Positions 1-12,672 are shown, numbered from the stretch's first letter. The stretch: 64,000 nt of DNA from Eledone cirrhosa (GCA_964016885.1 OZ024745.1:34534001-34598000), one strand, 5' to 3'. The notes: generated from the sequence alone by a model not told the origin. Numbers and translations: made by a program.

Positions 1-3000
1 GAACAAATACTGACGTATTTAGTCTGAAAGCCCTAACTACTCAGCTAATTAGTCGCATAAGCACTCTCAAAATATAATATACATATAAGTGAAGGTTGAT
101 ATACATGACATAGTACCGTAGCACATTCCAATCATCTCACTGGTAGTGATATGATGAAACATCAATTTAATTACTAACACCACTCAAGACAGGCGAAACA
201 TAATTTTCTGAAAAATGTGTGGAAATAAGTGGTGGAAATATCAGTTATCTAGATCATTTGAATCTCCTCAAGACCGAGCTCTGCGAGTTGGACTGACTGT
301 TTCAACGCACATTCCTCGTTATCTGTCAGGGTTACACATCCACCATTTTGTCCGCAGAGGCAATGAATCATCTGCTTGATGTACTGTGGTTTCCTTCGTT
401 TATTATATTGATGAAATGATTTTGAACGCCAGACAAATGTTTTGGCGATATTTATGCAGGTTGTTTAGATTCTGATTTCAAATTCCACCGATGTCAACGT
501 TTCTTTTTCTCCTTTCGAGATCGATAAAATAAAGTACCACTCAAGTGCTAGAGTCAATTTAATCGACTCCCCTCCCTGCGAGATTGATAGATTTGTACGT
601 AATTTAGAAGCCATAATTTCTACAAAATATAAATATATCATTAAAAGTTAAACAGGAGTAGACTAGGCGCATTGAGTTGAATACACAACAGACAAAATTA
701 GCGGTGAAATCACATTCAAGTAGTTTACATTTGTCGTAAAAAATTTCCTAATTAGTTATTTTTACGTCTCATTTCTACAATACTGAGAAGCCTCGCAGTG
801 TATACCAATTAACGTTAAGGAAGCCAATATTCTGTCTCATACTCTCCTTCTTTGTTTGTCTTATTGTCTCTCTCTCTTTCACTCTCCCATTCCCACCCTA
901 CCTTTTTTTTTCTTTTCAAATATTGCTTGATCACATTACTGACGATAAATTAGCGAGTTAAATAATTAAATTATATAAATAGAGTTAAATATTATAATCA
1001 GAAAAATGAAAAAATGAAAGTTGTTTCCTGCCTGGTGTCGTATAGAGCAATTCGAACCTTGGATATCACCGGTTGTATCTGATTTTAGTATTCTTATTGA
1101 ATCTCCACGTTAAGTGTTTATGTGGAATGGATTTATGTCAGTTTCAACGATATGTATTCTAGCTGTTCGATCAACATAACAACATGCTCAGGAAATTAAG
1201 GTGAAAGTGGATGAGCACTCCACAGATACGTGTGTCTTTAATGTAATGTGTGACACAATACCTGACCCTTTGAGTTAAAACTTCTGTCCACGCGACGAGC
1301 TTCCAAACCGTTTCCACTTACCCAATTCTCATACAAGCTATGGGTCGATCCGCGGCTATTTTAAATGTCACTTAAGCCAGATGTAGGACAATGGGATTAA
1401 ACTCGGTACTTAATGATTGCAAAATGAACTTGTTAACCCTTTAGTTATGTTGTGTCAACTAGTTTATAATGTATTGTGTGTAGGAAGATGGGTTCTATTA
1501 TTTGTTATATTATTTGAGATTAGAAGTCAATAAATAAAATACCACTGAACTACAGAGAGAGATTGAGAGAAAATGAGAGAGGGGATCCTCTCTCATTTTC
1601 TCTCCATCTCTCTCTCTACCTCTCCCTTTTTCTCGATCTCTCTTTCTCCATTTCTTTCTTCAGACCTGGAGACGAACGAGCTTCGTCAGGGTTTAAAGGT
1701 TCAAGAGGCAATGTGAATCATGACCGCGCTCCTACGATTCTATCAATAGTTCGTGGTTAAGAAGAAAACGATAGAATATCGTCACATTTTCAGTGAAAAA
1801 AAAACTGTTTTACTATCCTCAGAAGCTTAGCAACATTGAGCTAATCCCTAAGGTTCAGAAAGAAGACCATTAAGCATTCTTTGTCTCAAACGTTAACTTA
1901 TTCTTTCTTTTTGTCTTCAGATAAAAGCAAAAGAAATAGTTACATTTGATGAAGATGAGAAAATAATGGAAATAAATTCACGTAATCTAATAGACGAAGC
2001 TAAGTCGTAAATATCGCCGTAACACGATAGGAAATACCTTAGTAAGGCAGCAACAATCAACAAATCAACGAGAAAAAGATTGTTATCTACTGCTACACAC
2101 TGGAATATATTGCAGAAGCAAATCAATGAATTTCCCTTTTTTCTAACGTCTATTTATTTATTTATTTGTTCAAGAAAGGTTGTTTGTTTTCTGTTACTAT
2201 AAGAAATCAGCGTTTCTAATTAAGTTTGATTGTGAGGAAAAGTAAGTTTTACTATTGTATATAACATTGTGTTAAAATATCGATAGTTTGTTTGTGCGTT
2301 GCAGACGAGTAGTTGAATACAGATATAATGACGTGCATCCGACCAATTGGGTGTCGTGTCTCAGTAGAAAATAGAGAGAGAACACTCAACTCTACTCTAA
2401 ACAAATACTACCAGCAACCAGCTCAAATCATTATACATATATATTCTGATTATACATCAAACACTCTCAAATTACAGCCTCAACTCACGGGAGCATATTT
2501 CATAGTCTTTTTCTTCGTTTTCGGCAAAAACAAAATATTTTTAAAAAATGCTAAAAAATGTTTCAAACAAAGAATCACAAGGCAAACATACAGCCTAATT
2601 GATATATATTGTCTACAGTAACAATAAGTAGTAATGTTAAATTTTTGCTTATGGGAATTTCTGGGTAAAAAAAAAATCTTAAAAAAAAAAAATGAAAGGG
2701 AAATACATATTTGAAGAAAATTTCGAAGAATATATTCCCACGAATAATGGAAATATTTTAAATTTAGGTCGTATAGGTTTCAAACATTGAAATGTTCGGT
2801 ATATGTTAGGATATATATAAATGTATTATTTCTTTCAATTATTCTTTCTGTCGTTAGACCGCGGTCATGATAGCGTGGCACCTTGAAGGGAATTTAGTTG
2901 ATCATATCAACACTAATACATATTCCTTCGATCCTTATTTGTCGAACTGCTATGTTGACGAACAGACAACAAGCAGTAAACATAGAGACACGCACACACA

Positions 3001-3017
3001 CGCACACCTATCCCCTC

Positions 3018-3408
<391 letters not shown>

Positions 3409-3604
3409 ATGTATATATATATATCTGTATATATATATCTGTATATATATATATCTGTATATATATATATATGTATATATATATCTGTATATATATATAT
3501 ATCTGTATATATATATATATGTATATATATATCTGTATATATATATGTATATATATAGAGAGAAGAAGTTTATGAAATGGAAATGCGGGTATAAAGAATT
3601 TATT

Positions 3605-3721
3605 AGGTAACAATTGTTTCTATAGTGTATGGGTTACCTATACCTCGCTATTTGAATAATATAAAAATATTATCATAAACCGAAGGTACACTGTAAGCAA
3701 ACACACCATGTCGTCAGACCT
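3605..3721 (-). ncRNA. Type-I hammerhead ribozyme with ~90-nt stem II
   Basis: Minus strand AGGU-CUGACGA-[long imperfect hairpin]-GAAA-CAAUUG-UU-ACCU. Stem I AGGU/ACCU, palindromic stem III ACAAUUGU, GUU triplet. Confidence 0.8.
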
Positions 3722-4059
3722 TTGTATTGGAATGATATGGAAATATTTTATACACTAGATAAAAGAGAAAGAAGGAGGTAGGAAGAGAAGGGGAAGAGGG
3801 AAGTGAGTAAGGGGGAGGGAGTCCTAGGATTTAAGACTGTCAGACTAGTAGAGATTGTAAGGGGAGAATGTTTTGGCAGCAGTTAGCTTAATGAGGCGTG
3901 TTAGGGTTGGCGGGGGAAGTAAATTCTTCTAGTGGTGTTGTTCGGACAAAATTTAGTTAAAGGGGTCAAAGAAGTACAGAGTTACAGACAAGTTATTGGG
4001 GCTATTATAGTAGCAGGTTATTTCTAAAGGGGTCCAGAAAACAGTGTTTAGTACTATTA

Positions 4060-5067
4060 TTATAGAAAGCCATATCTTGTGTATAAACATATAAAACAGA
4101 AATTTGCAAACGGTGGTGTAAAAAGGTAACATATGCATTTAAAAAAAGAAAAAGTCGTTTTCAAACGATGGTTACAGTATAGTGAACGTTCAATTTTGCT
4201 GTTCAAAAGTTCGTTTACCGACGTTAAAATGCAGTATATCTCCAAATTGCATAACTTGCAGAATCGATGATTTTGTTAGTATGCAGGCGCAGTGACAATA
4301 ATTTGCCAATCAAGGGAGAATGCTTGATTGTTCCTCCGGAGCTGCCAGGCTTTATCGGCGAGGGTTGTTACGGAGCGCATTTTCTCGTGCCTGATCGAAG
4401 ATCGATGTTGGTATAGGCGAGCTTTGAAAGAAGTTGCGGTACATCCGACGTAATACCATTTGTTGGTTCCGGAATTTATTGTACATCGGTAGACAATATT
4501 GCGTGCTAGGCACTGGTTATTCAGTGGGCACGTACCTGGTTTGGTGCAGTTACAATTATTCTTATGTTTTGCAGTAGAATCCTGAATAGTCTGGTGGGGT
4601 TGTAGTTGCGTGTTAGTGCGTTGTATGTTGCTATGCTGGTGCGCTGAGTCATTAGGGATGTACTTATTTAGTATTGCTAAGTTGAGTTTTTTAATTAGTT
4701 GTTCTATGTTAGGTGCAGTGGAGTATGAGAGTCTAATGGTGCGCGAGTTAAAGATTTTATAGTATTTATGTGAAGTTGTAAAGTGTTTATTGATTAGTGT
4801 ATAGAATTGTGAGATAATCTTAGTGCTAATAGAAGTATTGTACACGGGGTTATACCATATGTACTCTCTACGTCTGACTCTATTTGCTGGTTTGCACCTA
4901 TTAGTATGCCTATTGATGTGTGTGTGTGGTGCAATACTAGTTCGACTTAGATGTGTTTTATTCATAGTACTTATGTGGTTATCGTCTAGATATTCTATTT
5001 TCTCGCAGTACCCAGCTTTATTATACGTTGAGAAATCTCTGACGTCGGTTGACTCCATCCAATGCAA
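4060..5067 (-). pseudogene. PLE ORF C-terminus (GIY-YIG endonuclease) with one in-frame TAA
   Basis: RRREYIWYNPVY..KHF..HKYYKIFNSRTIRLSYS..N, NCNC..CPL..CL..NIVYRC..YYVGCT..FKARLYQH. Past the TAA at 4276-4278 the same frame continues QNHRFCKLCNLE..LLNSK..CNH. Confidence 0.88.
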
Positions 5068-5099
5068 CTACTTAGTAACATTGGAATACAAATTTACTA

Positions 5100-5158
<59 letters not shown>

Positions 5159-5262
5159 ATAATAAATTTGAAGACTAAAATCCAAAGAGGGCTCGATAAG
5201 GATAAATATATATCAAATATATAAGAACCATAGAGAAAATATTTATTAAAATAACAGATTAA

Positions 5263-5313
5263 AGTTTAAGCAAAGAATCGCTGCTTTCACCCTTAACGGG
5301 ATCTTCTGAAACT
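5263..5313 (-). ncRNA. Hammerhead-like motif with CAGAAGA core (family A)
   Basis: AGUUU-CAGAAGA-U-CCC(GUUAA)GGG-U-GAAA-GCA(loop)UGC-UU-AAACU. All three stems pair. Confidence 0.7.
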
Positions 5314-5490
5314 AACAAAGTCAATCTGTAAACGCAGAAGTGGATATTTAAAAAAACTTTGCAACCGGAGGAAGACAGGAAGACGATACTTTGGTTCATG
5401 GAAACGTTCCCTATGCGAATAAGTAATGGTATAAACAAAACATATACTAGGTACCACATCAATACGTAAAATATCCACGTATAGATCGTA

Positions 5491-6036
5491 CTATCCGTTA
5501 GGGTATAACGTGAGGCTGTAATACAGGAAAGTGTTGTGCAATTTATGTTTACAAGCCAAAATTGCGACAGATTTTTTGTTTAAGATGTGGTCTGTGGCGT
5601 AGATTATTTCCAGGGCTTCAGCGGCGCAGAGGTCACATGGTCTTTTATTTCCGTTATACGATCTAGCCCTAGCTAGGATCTCCCAGTGTAACTTATATTG
5701 GGTGTGGTTGTCTTTTAGACTCCAGATATAAGCTGAAAGTGACGTCATATTCCTTCTTAGAGGGTAACGAAAAGAATGGGTGTGCATGTAAAAACGCTGC
5801 TTGAATCTATTGGCGGTTAACCCTATGTAGGCCCTACGGGACGTGGGTGTTTCAACCTTACATTTGTAGACGATGTTACTAGAGAGGCATTTCCAGGATA
5901 GGAGGCAATCAACCCGATTCCTACAATTACAGTTAGTACTAACTACAGGGTTGCTCGTGTTCCTACAGCTAGGTAGTTTAGCTAAATTTGAAGCTGTGAT
6001 CTTATGAGCAAGGTTAGGAGTCGTAGAGTAGACCAT
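5491..6036 (-). pseudogene. PLE GIY-YIG endonuclease domain, 5'-truncated
   Basis: NCNCRNRVDC..CLSSNIVYKC..AYIGLTANRFKQRFYMH..TSLSAYIWSLK..W..CDLC..E..LNKKS..CKH. Confidence 0.88.
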
Positions 6037-6667
6037 TAGCTAAGATCTTTCTTTCCCTTATTACGAAGCATTTTTCCCCTACACATAAATATAGTAAAAT
6101 TTTAATAGAAATACTATTAAACTTTCTTACTCTACGACTCCTAACCTTGCTCATAACCTCACAGCTTCAAATTTAGCTAAACTACCTAGCCGTAGGATTA
6201 CGAGCAACCCTGTAGTTAGTACTAACTGTAATTGTAGGAATCGGGTTGATTGCCCCCTATCCGGGAAATGCCTATCTAGTAACATTGTCTACAAATGTAA
6301 GGTTGAAACACCCACGTCCCGTAGGGCCTACATAGGGTTAACCGCCAATAGATTCAAGCAGCGTCTTTACATGCATACCCATTCTTTTCGTTACCCTCTA
6401 AGAAGGAATATGACGTCACTTTCAGCTTATATCTGGAGTCTAAAAGACAACCACACCCAATATAAGTTACACTGGGAGATCCTAGCTAGGGCTAGATCGT
6501 ATAACGGAAATAAAAGACCATGTGACCTCTGCGCCGCTGAGACCCTGGAAATACTCTACGCCACAGACCACATCTTAAACAAAAAATCTGAGGCAATTTC
6601 GGCTTGTAAACATAAATTGCACAAAACTTTCCTGTATTACAGCCCCACGTTATACCCTAACGGATAG
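6034..6667 (+). pseudogene. PLE linker + GIY-YIG endonuclease (second, inverted copy)
   Basis: LAKIFLSLITKHFSPTHKYSKI, a frameshift near 6100, then NRNTIKLSYSTTPNL..NCNCRNRVDCPLSGKCLSSNIVYKC..YIGLT..CDLC..CKH. Confidence 0.88.
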
Positions 6668-6844
6668 TACGATCTATACGTGGATATTTTACGTCTTGAT
6701 GTGGTACCTAGTATATGTTTTGTTTATACCATTACTTATTCGCATAGGGAAAGTTTCCACGAACCAAAGTATCGTCTTCCTGTCTTCCTCCGGTTGCAAC
6801 GTTTTTTTAAATATCCACTTCTGCGTTTACAGATTGACTTTGTT

Positions 6845-6894
6845 AGTTTCAGAAGATCCCGTTAAGGGTGAAAGCAGCGATTTTGGCTTAAATT
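6845..6894 (+). ncRNA. Hammerhead-like motif with CAGAAGA core (family A), stem III mutated
   Basis: Same motif as 5263-5313 with changes in stems III and I. Confidence 0.6.
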
Positions 6895-6910
6895 TTAATC
6901 TGTTATTTTA

Positions 6911-7007
<97 letters not shown>

Positions 7008-7090
7008 CGTTATTCCGGGTTGAATCGGAGGTAACCACAGTAAGTAAGGTACTCAATACATAGCAGAGTATAACAGTTTTAATATAGATG

Positions 7091-7141
7091 AGATTCTACA
7101 GGACTAGAACTGTTTCATTCATTAGAAATCATCAGGAATCT
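7091..7141 (-). ncRNA. Type-I hammerhead ribozyme (family B)
   Basis: Reverse complement of 7866-7916. Confidence 0.85.
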
Positions 7142-7865
7142 GGGTATCAAAAAATAAATATGGTATTTATAGGTCTCTACAAGTGGTTGGAGAGGGTGGG
7201 GAGTGGGATGGGTGCAGGTCATTGGTTGATAGAAAAGGGAATTCATTAAAAGCTAATTCTACAAAGCTATAGTTAATTTATATTTATTTATGTTTTTAGA
7301 GTAACAAAGGCAGACAGAATTCTATAAACAGGTTCCGGATGGCATACCATTCCTTGTCAATAAGTTTCTCTTAAGCTAGCAGATATCTATAAAATGGTTT
7401 TTTTTGTTTTTTTGTGAATGTGTCTGTTGATTTGGCATATTGTTGATTAGTTTAAGAGAAGTTCGAAGATAATAGTAAGATATGCACTCAGTATTTTGAA
7501 TCTGTCTGCAGAACTCCCTAGACCTTGTCACTTAGTAGAACCTTAATGACTTTAGCTTTTAAAGAATCTCCCTTTTCTTTAATTCTATCGAGCATGAATG
7601 ACCCCCCACTGATTTTATAGACATCTGCTAGCTTAAGAGAAACTTATTGACAAGGAATGGTATGCCATCCGGAACCTGTTTATAGAATTCTGTCTGCCTT
7701 TGTTACTCTAAAAACATAAATAAATATAAATTAACTATAGCTTTGTAGAATTAGCTTTTAATGAATTCCCTTTTCTATCAACCAATGACCTGCACCCATC
7801 CCACTCCCCACCCTCTCCTACCACTTGTAGAGACCTATAAATACCATATTTATTTTTTGATACCC

Positions 7866-7916
7866 AGATTCCTGATGATTTCTAATGAATGAAACAGTTC
7901 TAGTCCTGTAGAATCT
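7866..7916 (+). ncRNA. Type-I hammerhead ribozyme (family B)
   Basis: AGAUUC-CUGAUGA-U-UUC(UAAU)GAA-U-GAAA-CAG(UUCUAGUC)CUG-UA-GAAUCU. Perfect 6-bp stem I and GUA cleavage triplet. Confidence 0.88.
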
Positions 7917-7928
7917 CATCTATATTAA

Positions 7929-8000
<72 letters not shown>

Positions 8001-8249
8001 TTAATATAGATGAGATTCTACAGGAATTTATTTAATTATTTATTTATTTGTATACACGCACACACACACACACATATTTATATGTGCGTGGTTTTGTATA
8101 CCCATGGTAAGTGTTTTCGCGTATGCTTGTGTATGTACGTATTTGTATGCGTGTATGTATTTATTTAATTTCTATTACCTCTGTATTGTATTTATTTACT
8201 TTATTCTTAACTCTGAAGCGGAGATTAATTCGGTCTCCTAGTTAAAATT

Positions 8250-8674
8250 TTAGTCTACGACTTCTGCTATACCATTTACGTGGTTTTGTCTTTGAGTGCA
8301 ATTGTTCTCCACGCTCCACATATGACGTATTATCTTCGGTTTTTTCGTTCATTGCCAGAGAACGTCTCTATGAAGCACCTAAGAGAACATTAGTCTACGA
8401 CCTCTTCTATACCATAAACGTGGTTCTGTCTTTGCGCGTAATTGTTTTTCACCGCTCCTATTAATGACGTATTATATTCGTTTTTTTCCTGTTCTTTGCC
8501 AGGGAACGTTTCCACGAACCAAAGTATCGTCTTCCTGTCTTCCTCCGGTTGCAACTTTTTTTTAAATATCCACTTCTGCGTTTACAGATTGACTTTGTTA
8601 GTTTCAGAAGATCCCGTTAAGGGTGAAAGCAGCGATTCTTTGCTTAAACTTGAATCTGTTATTTTAATAAATAA

Positions 8675-8675
<1 letters not shown>
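8250..8675 (+). mobile_element. Non-coding family-A derivative: two diverged ~140-bp tandem units + shared HHR-bearing 3' end
   Basis: Units start TTAGTCTACGAC at ~8250 and ~8390. From ~8502 the sequence matches 6747-6915. Confidence 0.75.
8600..8650 (+). ncRNA. Hammerhead-like motif with CAGAAGA core (family A)
   Basis: Same sequence as the minus-strand motif at 5263-5313. Confidence 0.7.
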
Positions 8676-8734
<59 letters not shown>

Positions 8735-8862
8735 GTGAGGTTTTTTTACAAAATGAAAAATAACCGAGGTGTCCTACACGAGTGAAAGTATAAAGAAAAA
8801 AAGATGAAATCGAAAATGCAACTGGAGTCTTATTTTAAAAAAAAAATATATATTTATTCGGT

Positions 8863-8902
8863 TCCTTTACCGGTTTCGCAGTTCTCCTGCTTTTCAAAAG
8901 TA
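8863..8902 (-). ncRNA. Minimal hammerhead with U3-A8 core (family C)
   Basis: Inverted twin of 8977-9016. Confidence 0.7.
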
Positions 8903-8976
8903 GAGTTGAGATGGAGCGTCTGTGGTTTTTCTCACATTCAGATGTGAGAAAAACGACAGACCCTCCATCTCAACTC

Positions 8977-9016
8977 TACTTTTGAAAAGCAGAAGAACTG
9001 CGAAACCGGTAAAGGA
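8977..9016 (+). ncRNA. Minimal hammerhead with U3-A8 core (family C)
   Basis: UACUU-UUGAAAA-GCAG(AAGAA)CUGC-GAAA-CCGG-UA-AAGGA. Palindromic stem III ACCGGU and GUA triplet. Confidence 0.72.
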
Positions 9017-9082
9017 ACCGAATAAATATATATATTTTTAAAAAAATAAGACTCCAGTTGCATTTCGATTTCATCTTTTTTT

Positions 9083-9161
<79 letters not shown>

Positions 9162-9162
<1 letters not shown>

Positions 9163-9322
9163 GACGGGCGTCTGTATAGTTTCAGTTTAACAGATTTAAC
9201 TCATAAGTCATTAATCAACATGACACAATTATGGAAGACACTTCTTTCGAATGTGCGATACACCAGATCTTAGCTCTAAACCTTGTGATTAAAGAGTAAA
9301 CCTCTTATCCACACAACCATAC
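9162..9322 (-). mobile_element. Diverged tRNA-derived SINE (third family)
   Basis: Minus strand begins GGTATGGTTGTGTGGATAAGAGG and ends AAACTGAAACTATACAGACGCCCGTCG. Related fragments near 1290-1445, 19080-19230 and 56550-56640. Confidence 0.55.
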
Positions 9323-10404
9323 CCTTGTCTATGATAAAAATTCTTCTTGGAATACTTAACTATCTGCAGGTATAATGGTGTTCCTTTAACATTGAAGCGT
9401 CATGTTGGTCAAATATTTAAACTCCTTTATAAATGCCAGTGCACACAACCAGTAAATAGTTATGTATTTAATACAAATCATGTTTTATCAATGTAATTAA
9501 GAGTTAGAGAATCTCTGGCTATATAGGACATCGGGACAAGTCTAAAAGTATCTCTATTTTCAATAATACATCCTATCTTTATAACCTATGTAAGATAATT
9601 TTAAGCCCCTTCCTTTATTACTAAATGTGCGTAATACATGTTGCAGAGATAACGCTAAGATACTGGATGAGAATATATGAGTTAACTGCAATGGACAAAT
9701 TAGATTTAGCATCATTGTTATTTCTCTATTGTATTGTTTATTCATTCTCCTTAGCTGGGGGAATTAAAACAATGCATTAGTTTTATGCTCCCGTGTTTTA
9801 AAGCCATCAACAACAGGTTGCTAGCTTGTACATTCACCAGGTCTTAAATAAACTTCTTTATTCCAGAGATATTTTAAATATTGAAGATTTCACCTTACTT
9901 AGAATATTCAATAAAACTGTGGAAGTATGAAAATCTTAAGTACTTTTTGTTATTCAAGAAACCAATTTCATGGGTTTTATAGGTTAGAATAAAGTAGAAG
10001 TGAGCTAAAATACCTGACCCGTATCTATAAAAGATATATGTTAGTTGAACAGTGAAATAAACCGAACACAAATACAATCTTTATCGAATATATTGCCAGT
10101 TACCTGAAAATCAATATCACTGAAAGCTTCAAAGATTATTGGAGTATAAACGCAGAATTAATATGTTCAGCTTGTACAAGAATGGGTTTAATTCATTAAT
10201 CAGGGAAGTATATAAAACTAAAAACAGATGAAGTTCATTATAAAGACGATCACAAACAAAAAATCTCAACTACATATGTATATATATATATGTGCGTGCG
10301 TGTTCGTGTGTGTTAGCATGTTGTACACACACGAACGCATATATATATATGATTACTGGTCGGCGAGGTGAATAACACGTATGACCGGTAACATATCAAG
10401 GGAT

Positions 10405-10476
10405 TTTTGTCTGAATAAAACACGTAGGGCAGTTGTTATACAACTGCCCTACGTCTTAGAAATACGTATAACAAAA
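10405..10476 (+). ncRNA. Type-I hammerhead with perfect long stem II and G8U core change
   Basis: UUUUGU-CUGAAUA-..ACGUAGGGCAGUUGU(UAU)ACAACUGCCCUACGU..-GAAA-UACGUA-UA-ACAAAA. Confidence 0.7.
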
Positions 10477-11014
10477 CAAATAGGGATATACAAATGAAAC
10501 CGTCATTCTTGTTTATTTTATATATATATGAAGTATATTCATATATTTTATATATATATGAAGTATATATATATATATTATTTTATATATATATGAAGTA
10601 TTAAATTTAAGTGGGGATTCCTTCTGCTGATATTTGGCCGACATTTGACCTAGTTGCCATGGGTAAAGTTAATGATAGGGCTCCAGGTGAGGGGATGGCC
10701 AAGGTCATTGTTTTATTTTTTTATTCTTTCCCTCTTTATTTATTTGTTTCCTTTCTTTGCGTTAGTTCATTTCGTTTCTCTCTTTCGTGGCTTGGGGTTT
10801 TTCATGTTGTATTGTATGAACTCGACTTCCCGATGAAAGGCATCATGTCATCCAAGCGGGATAGTTCAGGGGTTTAATGTTAAAAGACGACGAGAGAAGG
10901 GGGAGAATGGACCACTATGTAATGAGGTGAGGTTGTTGCAGATAATAATAGCTTAGGTGTGTGTTGTGTGCATGTATGTGCACGGATGTGTGTGTCAGTG
11001 TGTATATGTGTACA

Positions 11015-11595
<581 letters not shown>

Positions 11596-12079
11596 TGAAC
11601 TTAATGATTTACTCGCTGTTACGCTATGTGAAGATATAGTATTGAAATATGCACCAATCAAACGAAAATGAAAATATGTCTGGTTGGGTTTAAGGCATTA
11701 CATTTTCTTTTCTTTAAGCAACCTTCGTATATTTATATGTAAAGATTGGATGCTATAAATCTTCATGGAACTTGCAGATTTAATACGAATATCATGGTAA
11801 ACGTACAATTATATGTAAATCTTTCCCTGGTGTCCTAGTTTTACAAGCATGCCAAAGGAAAATAACGAAGCGAAAGAAAACAGTACAACGAAATACTGTT
11901 TCTTTATACTAGAAGATATACTTTAAAGAAAATAACACAAAGGTGTTCCAAACATGTGCATCCAGTGAAACAAGGTTTTGCTTTCGTTCCAAAACGGATA
12001 TATTTTAATATAATTTGTATGCATATTAAACTGTATGTTTTGCATGAATATTCCCTTGAATATTCCCTTCTATCTAGAT

Positions 12080-12433
12080 GAGAGGTTCTCAAACATTTTT
12101 GGACCACCGCCCCACTCGCAGCCTTGTAATACGCTCAGCGCCCCCCCCCCTCTATTTCCAGAGAGCTACCTTCATGCAAATTGTAAATAATATATAATAA
12201 ATAAAATCGTTAATTTATATGTAATAAATAATATAAAATATACTATGTATAAACTAATATTATGTATCCTTTATTTTACTATATTTATATATAATATGTA
12301 TCATTTGATATTTAATATATTATTGATATTTAATATATTATCATCTCTACCACCCCTTGAAGCCGCAGCGCCCCCTGGGTCTCCCCAATGCCCCCCGGGA
12401 GTGGGGGTAGCACCCAATTTGAGAATCTCTAGA
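12080..12433. mobile_element. hAT (Charlie-like) MITE
   Basis: TIRs AGAGGTTCTCAAA (12081) / TTTGAGAATCTCT (ends 12430). Flanked by ATCTAGAT and TTCTAGAT, an NTCTAGAN-type 8-bp target duplication. Confidence 0.72.
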
Positions 12434-12672
12434 TTCTAGATGAAGTCAAAGCCGGAATATCTGTGTCATTTCTAATTATAGAATTTATTGAAACACAAGA
12501 TAAACGTTTAAAAGTTATCTATCTGTCTTGCAACACTAAACATACAATAAAACTAAGCTACATAGTGATAGTATATAAACTGAAACTCAGTACGTTTAGT
12601 GTTTAAGTAGTATTTCTGAATATATCGGGGTGTTTGAAAACAAACTATAATTCTATTTTGTAAATGATATTG

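Larger units (their letters stand above)
3557..5104 (-). mobile_element. 5'-truncated Penelope-like element (Naiad-like): RT thumb/linker + GIY-YIG endonuclease + 3' region with HHR
   Basis: Coding remnant 4060-5067, then non-coding 3' region with an HHR at 3605-3721. (TA)n tracts on both sides. Confidence 0.85.
5153..6917. mobile_element. Head-to-head inverted pair of a Naiad-like PLE 3' end (family A)
   Basis: 5240-6030 is the near-identical reverse complement of 6128-6917. The + copy extends upstream to ~6032, and the - copy carries an extra 3' tail at 5153-5240. (TA)n at both outer ends. Confidence 0.9.
7008..8025. mobile_element. PLE 3'-end inverted pair (family B)
   Basis: Arms ~7076-7395 and ~7612-7932 are near-perfect reverse complements, each with an HHR. 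A further inverted 30-nt end copy lies at 7996-8025 beyond the (TA)n. Confidence 0.8.
8729..9088. mobile_element. Palindromic mini-element (family C), ~150-bp arms centred near 8939
   Basis: ~8789-8937 is the near-perfect reverse complement of ~8942-9088. Flanked by (TA)n, and homologous to 15955-16112. Confidence 0.8.

Noticed and set aside
4060-6667. Selenoprotein-type Naiad (in-frame UGA + SECIS)
   Set aside because: Conserved Cys positions are normal Cys codons and the internal stop is TAA. The AUGA in the long stem II and in the 140-bp unit does not fit SECIS geometry.
8207-8245. TTAACT-CTGAAGC-GGAGAT..GTCTCC-T-AGTTAA hairpin
   Set aside because: Resembles HHR stems I and II but has no GAAA or stem III, so it cannot be called a ribozyme.
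10820-10875. CCGATGA motif in a TA-flanked block
   Set aside because: No GAAA and no pairing stem I.
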